Shown: positions 35,554-48,847, counted from the stretch's first letter. The stretch: DNA of 64,000 nt from Ylistrum balloti (GCF_031769215.1 NW_026782129.1:744001-808000), one strand, 5' to 3'. Notes: generated by a model not told the origin, from the sequence alone. Translations and numbers: made by a program.

Positions 35554-38500
35554 ATGGTTTCCAGAGAAAGTGTTTTACACAGGAAGTGGGTTGTGTTGAT
35601 TGTTTGCTTCCTAAACATGTTCTTCTGTGCCGGATTTCCTTTCAACATGTCGGTGTTAAACGTGGAATTCCTTCGTGTTTTTGGTGAAAGTAAAGCAAAG
35701 ACTGCCCTCGTCCAGTCTGTTACGACCGGAACTCTAAATATAGCAGGTATGTCGAACTAGTAGATGTAACATTTTGTGAGTCATGGAATTAATGACGTCA
35801 TAATTGAACCAATATTGCAGGGTTGAAGCTATGAATGAATAAGTTGATTTTCCGTCAAATAATTCCAGAGTATATTTCCATGTTTTATTCTGATTCTTAC
35901 AAGATAATAGCATAAACTGTTGTTAGAAATCAACGATACTCATTGAATATAGCGTTGTCTTTTTAAACATTGGTTTGATTTTACATCGTTTTTGTTTTGT
36001 TATTTTTTTTGTTTTTTTTTTTTGTTTTTTTGTTTTTTTCATTTGTTTTTCCTTTAAAAATGTTATGAAATATTTATTTCCATTAAATACCAAGCATACT
36101 TAACTCGAATGACAGAACATATCTTTTGTTTTCATTTGTACAAAAAATTTATTTTGTCATACTCGTGGAATATATATAGTATTTAACGGGAAAAGATTGC
36201 CGAAACGTTCAATACTGAAATATTTTTTTTTTTTATAATTTTTTTTATTTTTTGAAGATTTTCAACAATTCATGAAAACATAACACATCAAACAATCTAC
36301 TCACACATGGCCATTTTCGCTTAGGTACAAAGGAATGTAAATAGAGTAAAAAATGAAAGCCTGACATTAAGATTGATACTTAAGTAAGTGCTATGTTATA
36401 GTGTACCGTTTTTAGAGAAAAGGGAAAAATTAGCAAAGTAGCAGTAAGAGAGATGAAGAAGGAGAGGGAGGGAGAGGATGAGTATGGTGCCGGTAGGATC
36501 TGACAGGGGCTTTATCATTTTATTTCATTTTTGATACATTCAGCTAACAAGGTTAAAAAAGAAAATAATCCAAAAATGATTTAAAATTTCACTACATAGT
36601 CTGAAGTAGTCTTTCCCATTTTCTCCATTCCTGTTTAAAATTGGTGAGATAATTTCCCCCATATCCTGTAGCAATGTATTTTTGAGTGTTATATGTATCT
36701 TTAATTAAATTCTTCAAAGCTGAAAGTGACAGACCAGTTTGCAGACATCTTGCCTGATAGATGTAAAGTTTTATAATAAGTAGGACTAAATTGTCAACAT
36801 TAGTTTTCCTATCAAAGAAACCAAATATGAAGGATTCTTTATTAAAAGCAAATGGAATTAATAATAGATCTAACACTGCTTCAAAGTCAGTTAAAAATGC
36901 TTGTACCTCTTGACATTCCCATATCGCATGAATTATAGTCTCAATATCAGTTTTACAGTGATAACAATAAGGGCTGTCAACAAGACCAATTTTATAAAGA
37001 TAAGAATTTGTGGTTAAAATATGCTGATTGATTCTAAATTGGAGCCATTGTAGTTTGGTATTTTTACTAATTTTAAAGGAAATGGTATAGATGTTTTCCC
37101 ATATATTATTATTAAAGTCAAACATTTGCTCCCACTTCTTTCTACCCGTATATACTGTATTATTCTGACATAGAACATGGTAGAAATCTTTAGTTCCTTT
37201 TTTATGTCTAAGAAAAATTTCCAAATTCATCGGGATGTATGGATAGTCAACATTCAAATTAGTGATATCTTCAGGTAAAATGAGTTTTTTTTTTACAGAA
37301 TTAATGATACCTTGATATGTAAGAAAATTTGTTTGGATGCCAAATTTTTGTATGAACTCTTGATGATCGTAGAAAGATTTCTTTCTTTTTTCTTTTATTA
37401 TATCATTGACTATTATTACCCCCTTTCTATACCATTTCCTGAAAAAAACACTCTTGTTTTGTATTTTTATTGATTTGTTATACCAAATTGGGGATTTAAG
37501 AATATTTGTTCCACTTTGGCTTCCATAGTTTACACCCTTTTCAATTAGCTTGCCCCAACTTAGTAGCACATCTTTCCAGAATAAGTTTTTACAGTTTCTC
37601 TGACATTTTGATAAATAGTCAGTACCACAATTAGCCATAGTGTAGCTATTTCCGTATGTTTTTACAAAAATCTGCCATTTTCCTTCTGTTGTATATAACC
37701 TTCGAATCCAAGTTAGTTTTAAGGATTCTATGAAAGATTGTAAATGTAACATTTTGAGCCCCCCTTCAAACAGTTTTTGATAATAAAGTCTCTTTTTATT
37801 TTATTTGTTTTACCATTCCATAAAAAATTATAAAGTTCAGTATTAAGTTTTCTGATAAAACAGTCCTCGCGGTAAAGAGATAAAAAGATGATTAAGCTGT
37901 GATATCAAAAGAGACTTAATTATATGTATTTTTCCTATTGGTGTTAAAATCCTTCTATTCCATATTCTAATTAATGCCTTAAGCTTTACTAGTTTTTTGT
38001 CATAGTTTAATTTTGGAATTTGGTGCAGGTCCACGTTAAAATCAATGCCCAAGACTGTAAACTTTGTAATTCCCCATTGCAAGTTCCACTCTGGAAAGTA
38101 AGTGTCATTACTGTACTTTTTACTGCCAATCCAAATAACTTGTGTTTTAGTGTTATTTACTTTTAATCCAGAAATTTTTGCAAAACTATGTAGTTCCGAA
38201 AAAGACTCTTTCATTGATCTTTTTGTACCATCTAAGATAATAGAAGTATCGTCTGCGTACTGAGATAGTAAAATAGGAACATTGTCTACATTTATGCCTT
38301 TTATATTGTTATTAATCCTAAATCTTATTCTACACATAGAATAACTATATAAGGCGCGATTGGGTCACCCTGACGGCAACCCCTGATTAATAGAAGATAT
38401 AACTTCAGTGTGTAAAGTCTTTATCCACCTTCGTAAATCATTTCCAAAATTAAAAAAAGCAACACTGTGTTTATAAAGTCCCAACTAACAGAATCAAAAG

Positions 38501-41500
38501 CCTTTTCAAAATCAATAATTAAAAGCATACCAGGAATTTCATTTTCATCTGCATACTGCATGATATCATAATTTATCCTTGTATTTTCCCCTATATACCT
38601 CCCAGCAATAAAACCAGTCTGATCCATATTAATTAATTTGTCTAAAACTCTTTTTACTCTACCTGCTATTGAACCTGATGCTATTTTGTATATTATATTG
38701 AGTGAAGAGTTTGGCCTCCAATTCTTTAAAAACTGCCTGGGTTTATCTCCCTTTGGTAGACATGTAATTATACCCAGTCTTTGAGTTATAGGTAATTTGC
38801 CAGTCAAATAGCCATAATTATTAGATCTAACTACAAAATTACTTACTTTCCCCCAAAACCATTTAAAAACTTCTGCTGTAAATCCATCTGATCCAGGACT
38901 TTATTGTTTGTTTATATTTCTTAAAGTACTTGAGGCTTCTTCTAAAGTAATTTTACCCTCCAGTGATAATGATTCTGCCCTATCTAGTTTAGGAATATTA
39001 TTGTTATATATATCTACATATGCATCTAAATCAACATCTTCAATATTACTATTATTGGAATACAAATTTTCATAATTTTTTTTACTTCATTTAAGATATC
39101 TTCCTGTTTTCTAATAATTTCTCCATTTTCTTTTTCTATCATTGGAATAATTTTTGATGTAAAATTTCTGTTTTCTAAATTAAAAAAAAAAATTTTGAAG
39201 GCAGATAGTTACTAGCTTACATTTTTGTGATAAGATGTTTATTTCATCGTAAATCTGGTTAGAAGAAACAATAGTAGTTATCGTGATTAGGAGCTCTAGG
39301 AAATGAAGGCGATTTTACCATTTATCAGGAATCATTTTTTTTTCTTTTTAAATACACGAGTAATTCATCTGTGTGGACGTACCTACAGACATCTGAACAC
39401 TTTTAAATCGTGATTTCTTCTATAAGTACCAGTCGGTAAGTAATTTTTTGTCTGTTACCACTGGTTAGTAGATCCCCAGTTGATGTTAGAATCTACGTTT
39501 GATTTTCAAATTTCTAACACGATCAAATCGACAAAAACCCTCCCATCAACATCCCATTGACAGGGAATGCTGTACCGAAAGACTTACCATACAACCCTTA
39601 AGTCGCCCATATGCGGTCTCATATAATAGATCGATTTAATAGTAAGACAATATATCTCACGATGTCTCATACAATGAACAATTCATAATATTTTTGTACT
39701 ATTAAAACTATAGACTTATGATATTATTTTCAAGGTTTCATCTGTGGCCTCTGTGTAGATAAGTACGGAGTGAGGAAGATGGGAATGTGTGGAGGTTTGT
39801 TAGCATTCCTATCCGCGTCATTCTTCGCAACAAGCATCCCTTATCTTATCGTAACCATCGGTGTGGTTACAGGTCAGTATACCGACATTGTCATTATGTG
39901 TAGTTACAGGTCAGTATACCGACATTGTCATTATGTGTAGTTACAGGTCAGTATACCGACATCGTCATTATGTGTAGTTACAGGTCAGTATACCGACATT
40001 GTCATTATGTATAGTTACAGGTCAGTATACCGACATTGTCATTTTGTGTAGTTACAGGTCAGTATACCGACATTGTCATTATGTATAGTTACAGGTCAGT
40101 AAACCGACATTGTCATTTTGTGTAGTTACATGCCAGTATACCGACATTGTCATTATCTGAAGTTACATGCCAGTATACCGACATTGTATTATGTACAGTT
40201 ACAAGTCAGTATACCGACATTGTCATTATCTGAATTCACAGGTCAGTATACCGACATTTTCATTATCTGAAGTTACAGGTCAGTATACCGACATTGTCAT
40301 TATGTGTAGTTACAGGTCAGTATACCGACATTGTCATTATGTGTAGTTACAGGTCAGTATACCGACATTGTCATTATCTGAAGTTACATGCCAGTATACC
40401 GACATTGTCATTATGTATAGTTACAGGTCAGTATACCGACATTGTCATTATCTGAAGTTACAGGTCAGTATACAGACATTGTCATTATGTATAGTTACAG
40501 GTCAATATACCGACATTGTCATTATGTGTAGTTACAGGTCAGTATACCGACATTGTCATTATGTATAGTCACAGGTCAGTATACCGACATTGTCATTATG
40601 TATAGTTACAGGTCAGTATACCGACATTGTCATTTTGTTAAGTTACATGCCAGTATACCGACATTGTCATTATGTATAGTTACAGGTCAGTATACCGACA
40701 TTGTCATTATCTGAAGTTACATGCCAGTATACCGACATTGTCATTATCTGAAGTTACATGCCAGTATACCGACATCGTCATTATGTGTAGTTACAGGTCA
40801 GTATACCGACATCGTCATTATGTGTAGTTACAGGTCAGTATACCGACATTGTCATTATGTGTAGTTACAGGTCAGTATACCGACATTGTCATTATCTGAA
40901 GTTACAGGTCAGTATACCGACATTGTCATTATGTATAGTTACAGGTCAGTATACCGACATTGTCATTATGTATAGTTACGGGTCAGTATACCGACATTGT
41001 CATTATGTATAGTTACAGGTCAGTATACCGACATTGTCATTTTGTGTAGTTACATGCCAGTAAACCGACATTGTCATTATGTATAGTTACAGGTCAGTAT
41101 ACCGACATTGTCATTATCTGAAGTTACAGGTCAGTATACTGACATTGTCATTATGTATAGTTACAGGTCAGTATACCGACATTGTTATTTTGTGTAGTTA
41201 CATGCCAGTAAACCGACATTGTCATTATGTATAGTTACAGGTCAGTATACCGACATTGTCATTATGTGTAGTTACAGGTCAGTATACTGACATTGTCATT
41301 ATCTGAAGTTACATGCCAGTATACCGACATTGTCATTATCTGATGTTACATGCCAGTATACTGACATTGTCATTATGTGTAGTTACGGGTCAGTATACCG
41401 ACATTGCCATTATGTGAAGTTACAGGTCAGTATACCGACATTGTCATTATGTATAGTTACAGGTCAGTATACCGACATTTTCATTTTGTGTAGTTACAGG

Positions 41501-43791
41501 CCAGTAAACCGACATTGTCATTATGTATAGTTACAGGTCAGTATACCGACATTGTCATTATCGAAGTTACAGGTCAGTATACTGACATTGTCATTATGTA
41601 TAGATACAGGTCAGTATACCGACATTGTTATTTTGTGCAGTTACATGCCAGTATACCGACATTGTTATTATGTATAGTTACAGGTCAGTATACCGACATT
41701 GTCATTATGTGTAGTTACAGGTCAGTATACTGACATTGTCATTATGTGTAGTTACGGGTCAGTATACCGACATTGTCATTATGTGTAGTTACAGGTCAGT
41801 ATATCGACATTGTCGACATTTGAGCATACTGACATTATCCCTATGTGATGTTACATTTAAGCATACTGACATTACTCCCTATGTGATGTTACATTTGAGC
41901 ATACTGACATTATCCCTATGTGATGTTACATTTGAGCATACTGACATTATCCCTATGTGATGTTACATTTGAGCATACTGACATTATCCCTATGTGATGT
42001 TACATTTGAGCATACTGACATTATCCCTATGTGATGTTACATTTGAGCATACTGACATTATCCCTATGTGATGTTACATTTGAGCATACTGACATTATCC
42101 CTATGTGATGCTACATTTTAGCATACTGACATTATCCCTATGTGATGTTACATTTTAGCATACTGACATTATCCCTATGTGATGTTATATTTCAGTATAT
42201 CACGTTTTCATTTTGTGAAGTTTCATGTCAATTCATATTTCTTAGTGATTCATTAGATTCCTAAATGTTATGCTACCTTCTTATCATCTTTTTGTTAAAA
42301 TGTTTATAAATGAATTGAAATTTATCCTTAATCAAACTTCATTTACTCCAGTAGGGTTCGGCTTTTCGCTGGCCTTTGTGTCAGGTATGAAATCTGTTGG
42401 CGAATACTTCAGTGGTAAAGCCAAACTTATTGCTATTGCATTCACTGGTACCGGATCTACATGTGGTGCAATCACTTTACCATTCCTGCTGGACTTCTTG
42501 ATCAACGCGTACGGATGGCGTGGATGTCTACTTATAATGACTGGACTCGTGGGAAACATCATATGTTTCTTCAGTGTCTGTGAATCTTTGTCAAATCATC
42601 GGCAGATCAATGCCAAAACAATTAGAATTTATATGACAGGAAATAGTGGCTCACGTAATAAGCAAACTACATATCAGACAAAGTTAAAATCACTGGTAAG
42701 AAACTGTGTATTTATCATGTTCACCTTTGGAATTTCCTTGACACTTTCCGCCTTCGGTTCAGCGTTGGTTTATCTGGTGGAATTTCTTCAGACTAAAGGA
42801 TATGAAAGACATGAAGCATTACTACTGTACACTTACATGAGTGTATCCAACACTTTTGGTAGATTACTACCCGGTATGTGCACACTCATACCTCAAATGA
42901 AAGTACTCGCTATATCCGTGATATTCACAAGCATGAGTACGTTTTCAACTGCCTGTCTTCCGTCTGCGACCATGTACTACCAACATGTGTTTCTAGTGTG
43001 TGTCTTCGGAATGACGATTGGGTGCAATGACACGTGTATGTCGATGACAACGATGGAGCTTGTAGGATTAGAGAATTATGCCGTCGGACTTGGTATCCTG
43101 ATGACAGTGGCAGGTTTGAGTTGTATTTGCGCTGGAACTGTGTTTGGTAAGTAATAACAAAAATCCGATTTATATGATAGTTATGGCATTTTCATGCGTA
43201 GATGAATATTTGTCACTTTGTTTCAAAATATTAGGTACAATGGTTGAATCATGAATATCTATTCTTTAGAAAACATAAGAATTATTAAGTCTTTATACTA
43301 TTGTGTCGGTATTACATGTTATCACGTTTTGTATACTATGTAGTGTTATATATAAACTATATAAGATGGTTAATTTGCTAAATATATATTAGAATACTTT
43401 AATTGTTTAATTGTACCTTAAGAGCTATTTCCCTTTCCATGTTAATTCCGGATATTTCATTCCGTATTCTTTTTCATTTACTTTTTCCGGATAATTGGTT
43501 TCTTATATTATGTAATCTTTGTCATGAAGAAGTTTTGTAAAATACAGAAGTATGAGAAGCCAAAATTGAGATACGTCCTTGTTTTGGATGTTTTCCTGTA
43601 CTGCACAGTAGATGATATAAAATAACTCGGTTATTGCAGGTTGGTTAGTAGATGTTACGGGATCGTATGGTGCGTCCTATTACAGCGTGGCAGCTGCCCA
43701 TGCCACGGCCCTCTGTCTCTTTATTTTGGCTGCCGTTTTACAGAAAAGCCAACGGAGGAGAGTCTCTTCCATTGACAAGTTACCGGCATAG
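35554..43791 (+). CDS. Monocarboxylate transporter (SLC16)-like MFS protein, 4 exons, ~424 aa
   Basis: Exons 35554-35746, 39735-39872, 42355-43146, 43640-43791; GT-AG, all phase 1, total 1275 nt. Motifs W-V-V-L...EFLRVFGESKAKTALVQS, VDKYGVRK, GFGFSLAF...VGEYF, YGWRGCLLI, NTFGRLL, GWLVDVTGSY. Confidence 0.9.
36223..39202 (-). mobile_element. 5'-truncated L1/Tx1-clade LINE, antisense in MCT intron 1
   Basis: RT motifs LPKGDKP...KNWRP, DQTGFI.GRYIGEN, DFEKAFDSVSW, GCRQGDPI, SQYADDT; C-terminal CYHC...ETIIHAIWEC; A-rich tail with AATAAA near 36223-36255. Frameshifted; no TSD seen. Confidence 0.92.
39866..41810. repeat. 37-bp minisatellite starting at the MCT exon 2 donor (~53 copies)
   Basis: Unit GTCAGTATACCGACATTGTCATTATGTGTAGTTACAG; first copy overlaps the exon end GTTACAG|GTCAGT. 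Confidence 0.97.
41811..42195. repeat. Second 37-bp minisatellite block (~10 copies), related to the first
   Basis: Unit CATTTGAGCATACTGACATTATCCCTATGTGATGTTA; shares TACYGACATT and TATGTG...GTTACA but lacks AG|GT. Confidence 0.95.
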
Positions 43792-44482
43792 AAGCAATCA
43801 GTACATATATATACAAGAACACATTTCAGTCGTACAATTCATCAGATCTTAAATTGATAACAAGTGTCTTACGTAACCCAAGATACCAACAAGTATGTCA
43901 GCACACCACAGATGAATACAAACCGAGATTGGATTGTTAAAGTACATGTGTCATTACTTTTATATGACACCGTACAAAAGTTTTTTTTATCTGAGCTCTT
44001 TAGCCGAAATGTTACTAAATTACATAATACAGACGAGTCAAGGTGATCACGTGTTTGCGAATAACATAATTTCGCAAGGAACAAAGCAATACCACATAAT
44101 TGTACAAAGTTACACATATATTTATCTCTAACAATGTTGTTCAGAACATGAAAAAAATGATAAATAAAATCAACATTTCATTTAGGATTTTTCAAGTAAC
44201 ATTCCCTAATATATGCTATCATACTTGATTGCCTTGTTAAGTAGCCATTGAAGTGAATATAACCATATTTTTCGTTCTACACAGAATGTTATATAACCCA
44301 TCGTACGACAGGTTAAGGTAATTAAATGACGGCATACACACAGGGATTGCAATGTGATGTAGCTATGGAGACTGTAGCTATAGAAAAGAAATGACTTGAA
44401 GTTTGACAAAGAAACTTCAATTTATACAATATTTGCCTGAATCCCATGTCAAATATCTTCCACTCGATTACATTTCATATGT

Positions 44483-44726
44483 ACGGAAGCCTGTTAGTGA
44501 CACATGAATTATTTTTTATGTTATTTTACAAGTATATTGTAAATGTGACTTTATTACCTCGTAATGACGGGCTACTTTTTTTCATGAATTCGATTTAGTT
44601 ATGTTGATGTCATAATTACGATAGAAATATGTCGTAATTTAAGATAACTAGGTCGTAATTTCGGCTTATTAAGTTGTGATTTCGAAATGAACATATTTAC
44701 TTCATGTGACACTAACCAGCTTCCGT
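44483..44726. mobile_element. MITE with ~30-bp imperfect TIRs
   Basis: ACGGAAGCCTGTTAGTGACACATGAA ... TTCATGTGACACTAACCAGCTTCCGT; internal GTCGTAATTT-type repeats. Confidence 0.7.
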
Positions 44727-45899
44727 TTAAAGGAATAAGAAATTTTTTCGGATATTTTCTTGGATTTTCCCTTTTTAGGATCGTTGATGCCTAAGTATAC
44801 AGACTTTGAAGCATGCGCATCGCTTAACACCTACATTCACTGATAAACGATAAAAGACCCTGCTTTAAGCATGTTGTCATTTATTGACTTTAATTGTCTT
44901 TGGTTGAGAGAGTTTTGAAATAGAATCAGAGAAAAAACTAAAGTAACTTTATTTGATATTACAATATTGTAACTTTGCAATGTACAATGTAGATTTTTCC
45001 TAAACTTTTACAATATTACGGTTATTATTCCTGTTTATTTATGGATGTTTTGAAACCACTTTAGCACTACTTAACATTTTGTGATATTTCTTATAAAAAG
45101 ATGACGCCAAACAGTGATTTTGTTTATAATGCAGTGATATGACAACACTATGTTTTAATCCCACTCAGACACGGTACGTTCTAGAGTATCGTACTGAAAA
45201 TGAAGATCGTGTTTTAACCAGATTGTCAGTCGTTATTTTTTATTTTGTTTCCATGAACTTAAGAAGGCTTTAGCTAGTGCACCAAACACAAATAAAGTGC
45301 CGCCTATCACAACCTTTGCTGCTATGCTGTCAACCTGCAACAGATTTTATAACTATTTAATAGCAGTAGTTGAACGGTATATGCAGTTGAAGCGACATCA
45401 TAGTATAAACATACATAGACGATTATAAAATCATCATTAAGATGATGAAGTGTTTTTCAAGAGAGAAATGTGCAATTGTATAGATTTAATGATAAATAAA
45501 CGGTAGTTAGACATGAAAAAATATTTTTATACAGAACATCGACTGACATTTGGTCCTATTGGCTCAAAACTATAATATAATTAGCATAGATGCCTATGTT
45601 CATCTTTATATGACAATGTTTCCTTTGCCAACTGAATGTATTTGTAGGATCTTCCTTATATAAAGCATTATCTAATATTCTAAAGTATAGTAGTGGACAT
45701 ATATATATTTACCTGTTCTGACCATTTTATGTTGTACCTAAGATAGGAAGCAAAATGTTCACAGTTATTCCTTAAGACGTTGTAGCCATACTTCCCGACC
45801 ATTTCCTTTGCCCTCCTTACGATTTCATGTGGGTCTAATGGCCTAAAATTGCAAAAGCTGGTATCATTCGGTTTGTCTACACAACGAGAAAACTATGTT

Positions 45900-46680
45900 T
45901 CAATATCTTAAAACAGACAACACTCACACCTTCCCTCACCCTCACGGGTACAGTAGTTTTCACTCACGATGCTTACTTATTGCCATTGCCAGAGCATATC
46001 ACTCCAAAACTTCATATCTGGGGAGTTTGGTCGTTGAAGAGGCAAACTATATTTATTTCAGACAGATTCTCGAAGTTTTTCGACATAGGTCAAGCTTATA
46101 TATGAGAAAGATATCAAGTTTAAAACAGTGGTCTGGTGGTGTATTGGTAACAAACAAAATTGTTCCCCCGTTTTCTCTGTCCGACCACGTGGGTTTTTCC
46201 CTGGATACGTCTATGTATCCACCAACCGATGGCGTTTACACTTGAAGTCGAATCGATATTTAAGGACTTGTTCGCACAAGATGTTGGCAACTGACAGACA
46301 AACTCACGACACAGGGTTTCTAGAGATGCAGGCTGATGAAAATGATGAGTAAATTTTATGGTCATTTCAATGATCTCATCAGAACATATTTCTATAGCCT
46401 CTATAAATATGAAATTGGACGTGTTTGAGGCTAGTTCGTATTCATGTTGGTTCTGTTGTTTTATACATTGTTCTGATTTGGGAACCTGGCATTTCTTACT
46501 TGGAATGATAAAGATTTACATGGTGGGCGTCGTCGACGAAACATAAGACGCTTACTCTTTCGGAACACATGGTCTTATTTTCCTTGCACATTTCGGAAGT
46601 CTCAGTGTAAATCTTTCTGTTGTTTATATTTTACCGTTGTTTTATTGAAACTGAATTTGGATCATGATTATCTTGACCTG
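45900..46680 (+). mobile_element. Decayed Penelope-like element fragment(s), RT C-terminal region and tail
   Basis: Frameshifted RYLRTCS...QLTDKLTTQGF*RCRLMKMMSKFYGH..DLI, followed by GACGCTTACTCTTTCGGAACACATGGTC; homologous to 62150-62800. Confidence 0.65.
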
Positions 46681-46912
46681 TTGGTATTATCTCTTTCCTT
46701 CCACAGAAGGGTCCTCAGTGCACTTCCTACCGGTTCAGCGCAGGTATATCCATATGATTAATTGTTATGAATGGGTATCATTATTCATAGTATGATTCCT
46801 GATCTTGTTTTGCATTGCTACTATTTAAGCCGGTCATACACAGAGAAAACATGTTATTTGGTATTTATGTGTTGATAAAATACTTAATACGTTTTCATTG
46901 GTAATAATATAC

Positions 46913-47099
46913 CTGCATTTCCGATCTTTATCATTGTTTCGTTTAGCTTTGCATCCTTTTGCCACATCAAAAAACTTGTCAATCTTCACACGGGCTTTGT
47001 CAATATTCTTCCCGCAAATGCATAACGGGCTATCTGATCTAGAAGCATCCCAACTTCCAGAACCGTCGTCTCCGCTCAAATGCACAATGTTATCGTAAC
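46913..47099 (-). CDS. Orphan candidate coding exon, unassigned
   Basis: ttttaattag| acceptor, open frame YDNIVHLSGDDGSGSWDASRSDSPLCICGKNIDKARVKIDKFFDVAKGCKAKRNNDKDRKC, possible donor AG|gtatat. Partner exons not established. Confidence 0.35.
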
Positions 47100-48421
47100 C
47101 TAATTAAAATAAAACCGAATGAAAATTAATTACTAGCTGAAATTGAAGTTGATCGAGAAGAAGTAATTGAAATGATACAGAAATGAACATCCAATATGAA
47201 AGATGTACTACCTATGCCCGAGCACAATGCATGTGATTAACTGGATTACCTGCCTCTGTTAATGTTTTCTTTGTTTCATTCGTATAGTTGCGTGTTTACT
47301 TATATCCCGCGCTTAGTGCTACGTGTATATTCCAATGAGGTCCGAAAATAATGCCAAATAAGGTAACTAATGAAAGAAATTACGCAGCTATATTTATCCG
47401 TCGAATCTCATAATGCTTTCCCATAGCACACGTGACATGAACCCGACAACATCCTGCTTGATTCTACTGTGCTATAAGGTAGCAGTAAACAGTTGATTTG
47501 CATTTTTCCTGAAATTATTTGTCATGTTTGAGATATACAGGTATAGCAGATTGGTTATGAAAAATACATCAATACATGTATATATATTTATTAACTACAT
47601 AACAATTACATTAACAGTAGAGAGATGAAATTTGTGTAAAAAAAATTTCCTCTGATTTCTGACATTTGACTGTCATGGTTACCTACTGAAAAAATGCTAT
47701 AAATGCTGCTAATTTCAACCTAACACTACAACTTTCTAGAAGAAATTTAATTCTAAACACCTATCTTACAATCAACAACACTGTCTTGGTAACAAAGTAC
47801 TTACACAGGTGCAGATGTCACAGGTTGCTGAAGAACATCATTTGTCAGTTATCATAGCTTATGATCCAGTTGTACTAGAAATGAGCTGTCCCATTGATTC
47901 AACTAACATGTCATTATTGTTTAGGAAAGTATTCTCCTGGTCAAACTGGACACTCAATCGTCCAACAAAACAGGAGTAAACATCTGATAGCAATGTCAAT
48001 TTATGTGGAAAAATACAGAGTTCGATTATATTTTATCAGGCGAGCGATTGCAACCTACACGTTACAGCACCAATAGCATGCGTGTATGACTTACCTATAT
48101 AAACACCCCAGTGAGAGTAATACCATGCCCTTTGGAATTCCACCATATCTCCAGGTCTTAAAGTTCTCAGAACCGCAAGGTTATGAGCATTCTCCATATT
48201 GCATTAACGCCTACAAAGCAAAATAAAAGGTCAGTTTTGTTTGAAAATCAAATATGAAGGATTCGTTTGGATGTATTATTGTAAGTCCTAAGGCAGAGTG
48301 CACTACATGAATAAATATTCGAATATGCTACAGGTACTAGAATCTTAATCTGCCCATACTAAAGGTAAAGTACAATAAAATTTAAATCTATAAACATGTA
48401 TTCTTACCAGCTAACATGTCA

Positions 48422-48627
48422 AAGGTAGAGTACACTGGAACCTTAAACAATTTCCGTACAAACAAGAAGGTAGAGTACACTGGAACCTTTATCAATTTCC
48501 GTACATACCAAAGACAGGGTACGCTGGAACCTTAAACAATTTCCGTACATACCAAAGACAGAGTACATTGAAACCTTAAACAATTTCCGTACATACCAAA
48601 GGCATGGTACACTGGAACCTTTATCAA
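48422..48627. repeat. 44-45-bp minisatellite (~4.5 copies)
   Basis: Unit GACAGAGTACACTGGAACCTTAAACAATTTCCGTACATACCAAA. Confidence 0.9.
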
Positions 48628-48847
48628 TATATTACGCAAACAGCATCTTACAAGAGTTTCATTAATCACATGTCATATATTACATGAAATATATAGATAT
48701 TTCTTAAATAGAATGGCAAGCAATAGATAAAATACCTATCATATTACCTGGAATCTTCACAGAGTATGTATTTGTCACTTTTCAGTCAAATGGATGTGTA
48801 CATGTTACAACAACGTCCTCGGCCTCCTATCAAGTGTTGGTTAAATT

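Noticed and set aside
39866-42354. Intron gain by tandem duplication of an AG|GT segment
   Set aside because: The functional acceptor lies ~160 bp beyond the arrays in unique sequence, so the array grew inside an existing intron.
46707-46743. Plus-strand micro-exon (CCACAG|...GCAG|GTATAT); similar candidate at 24524-24612
   Set aside because: Good splice signals but no partner exons or recognisable product.
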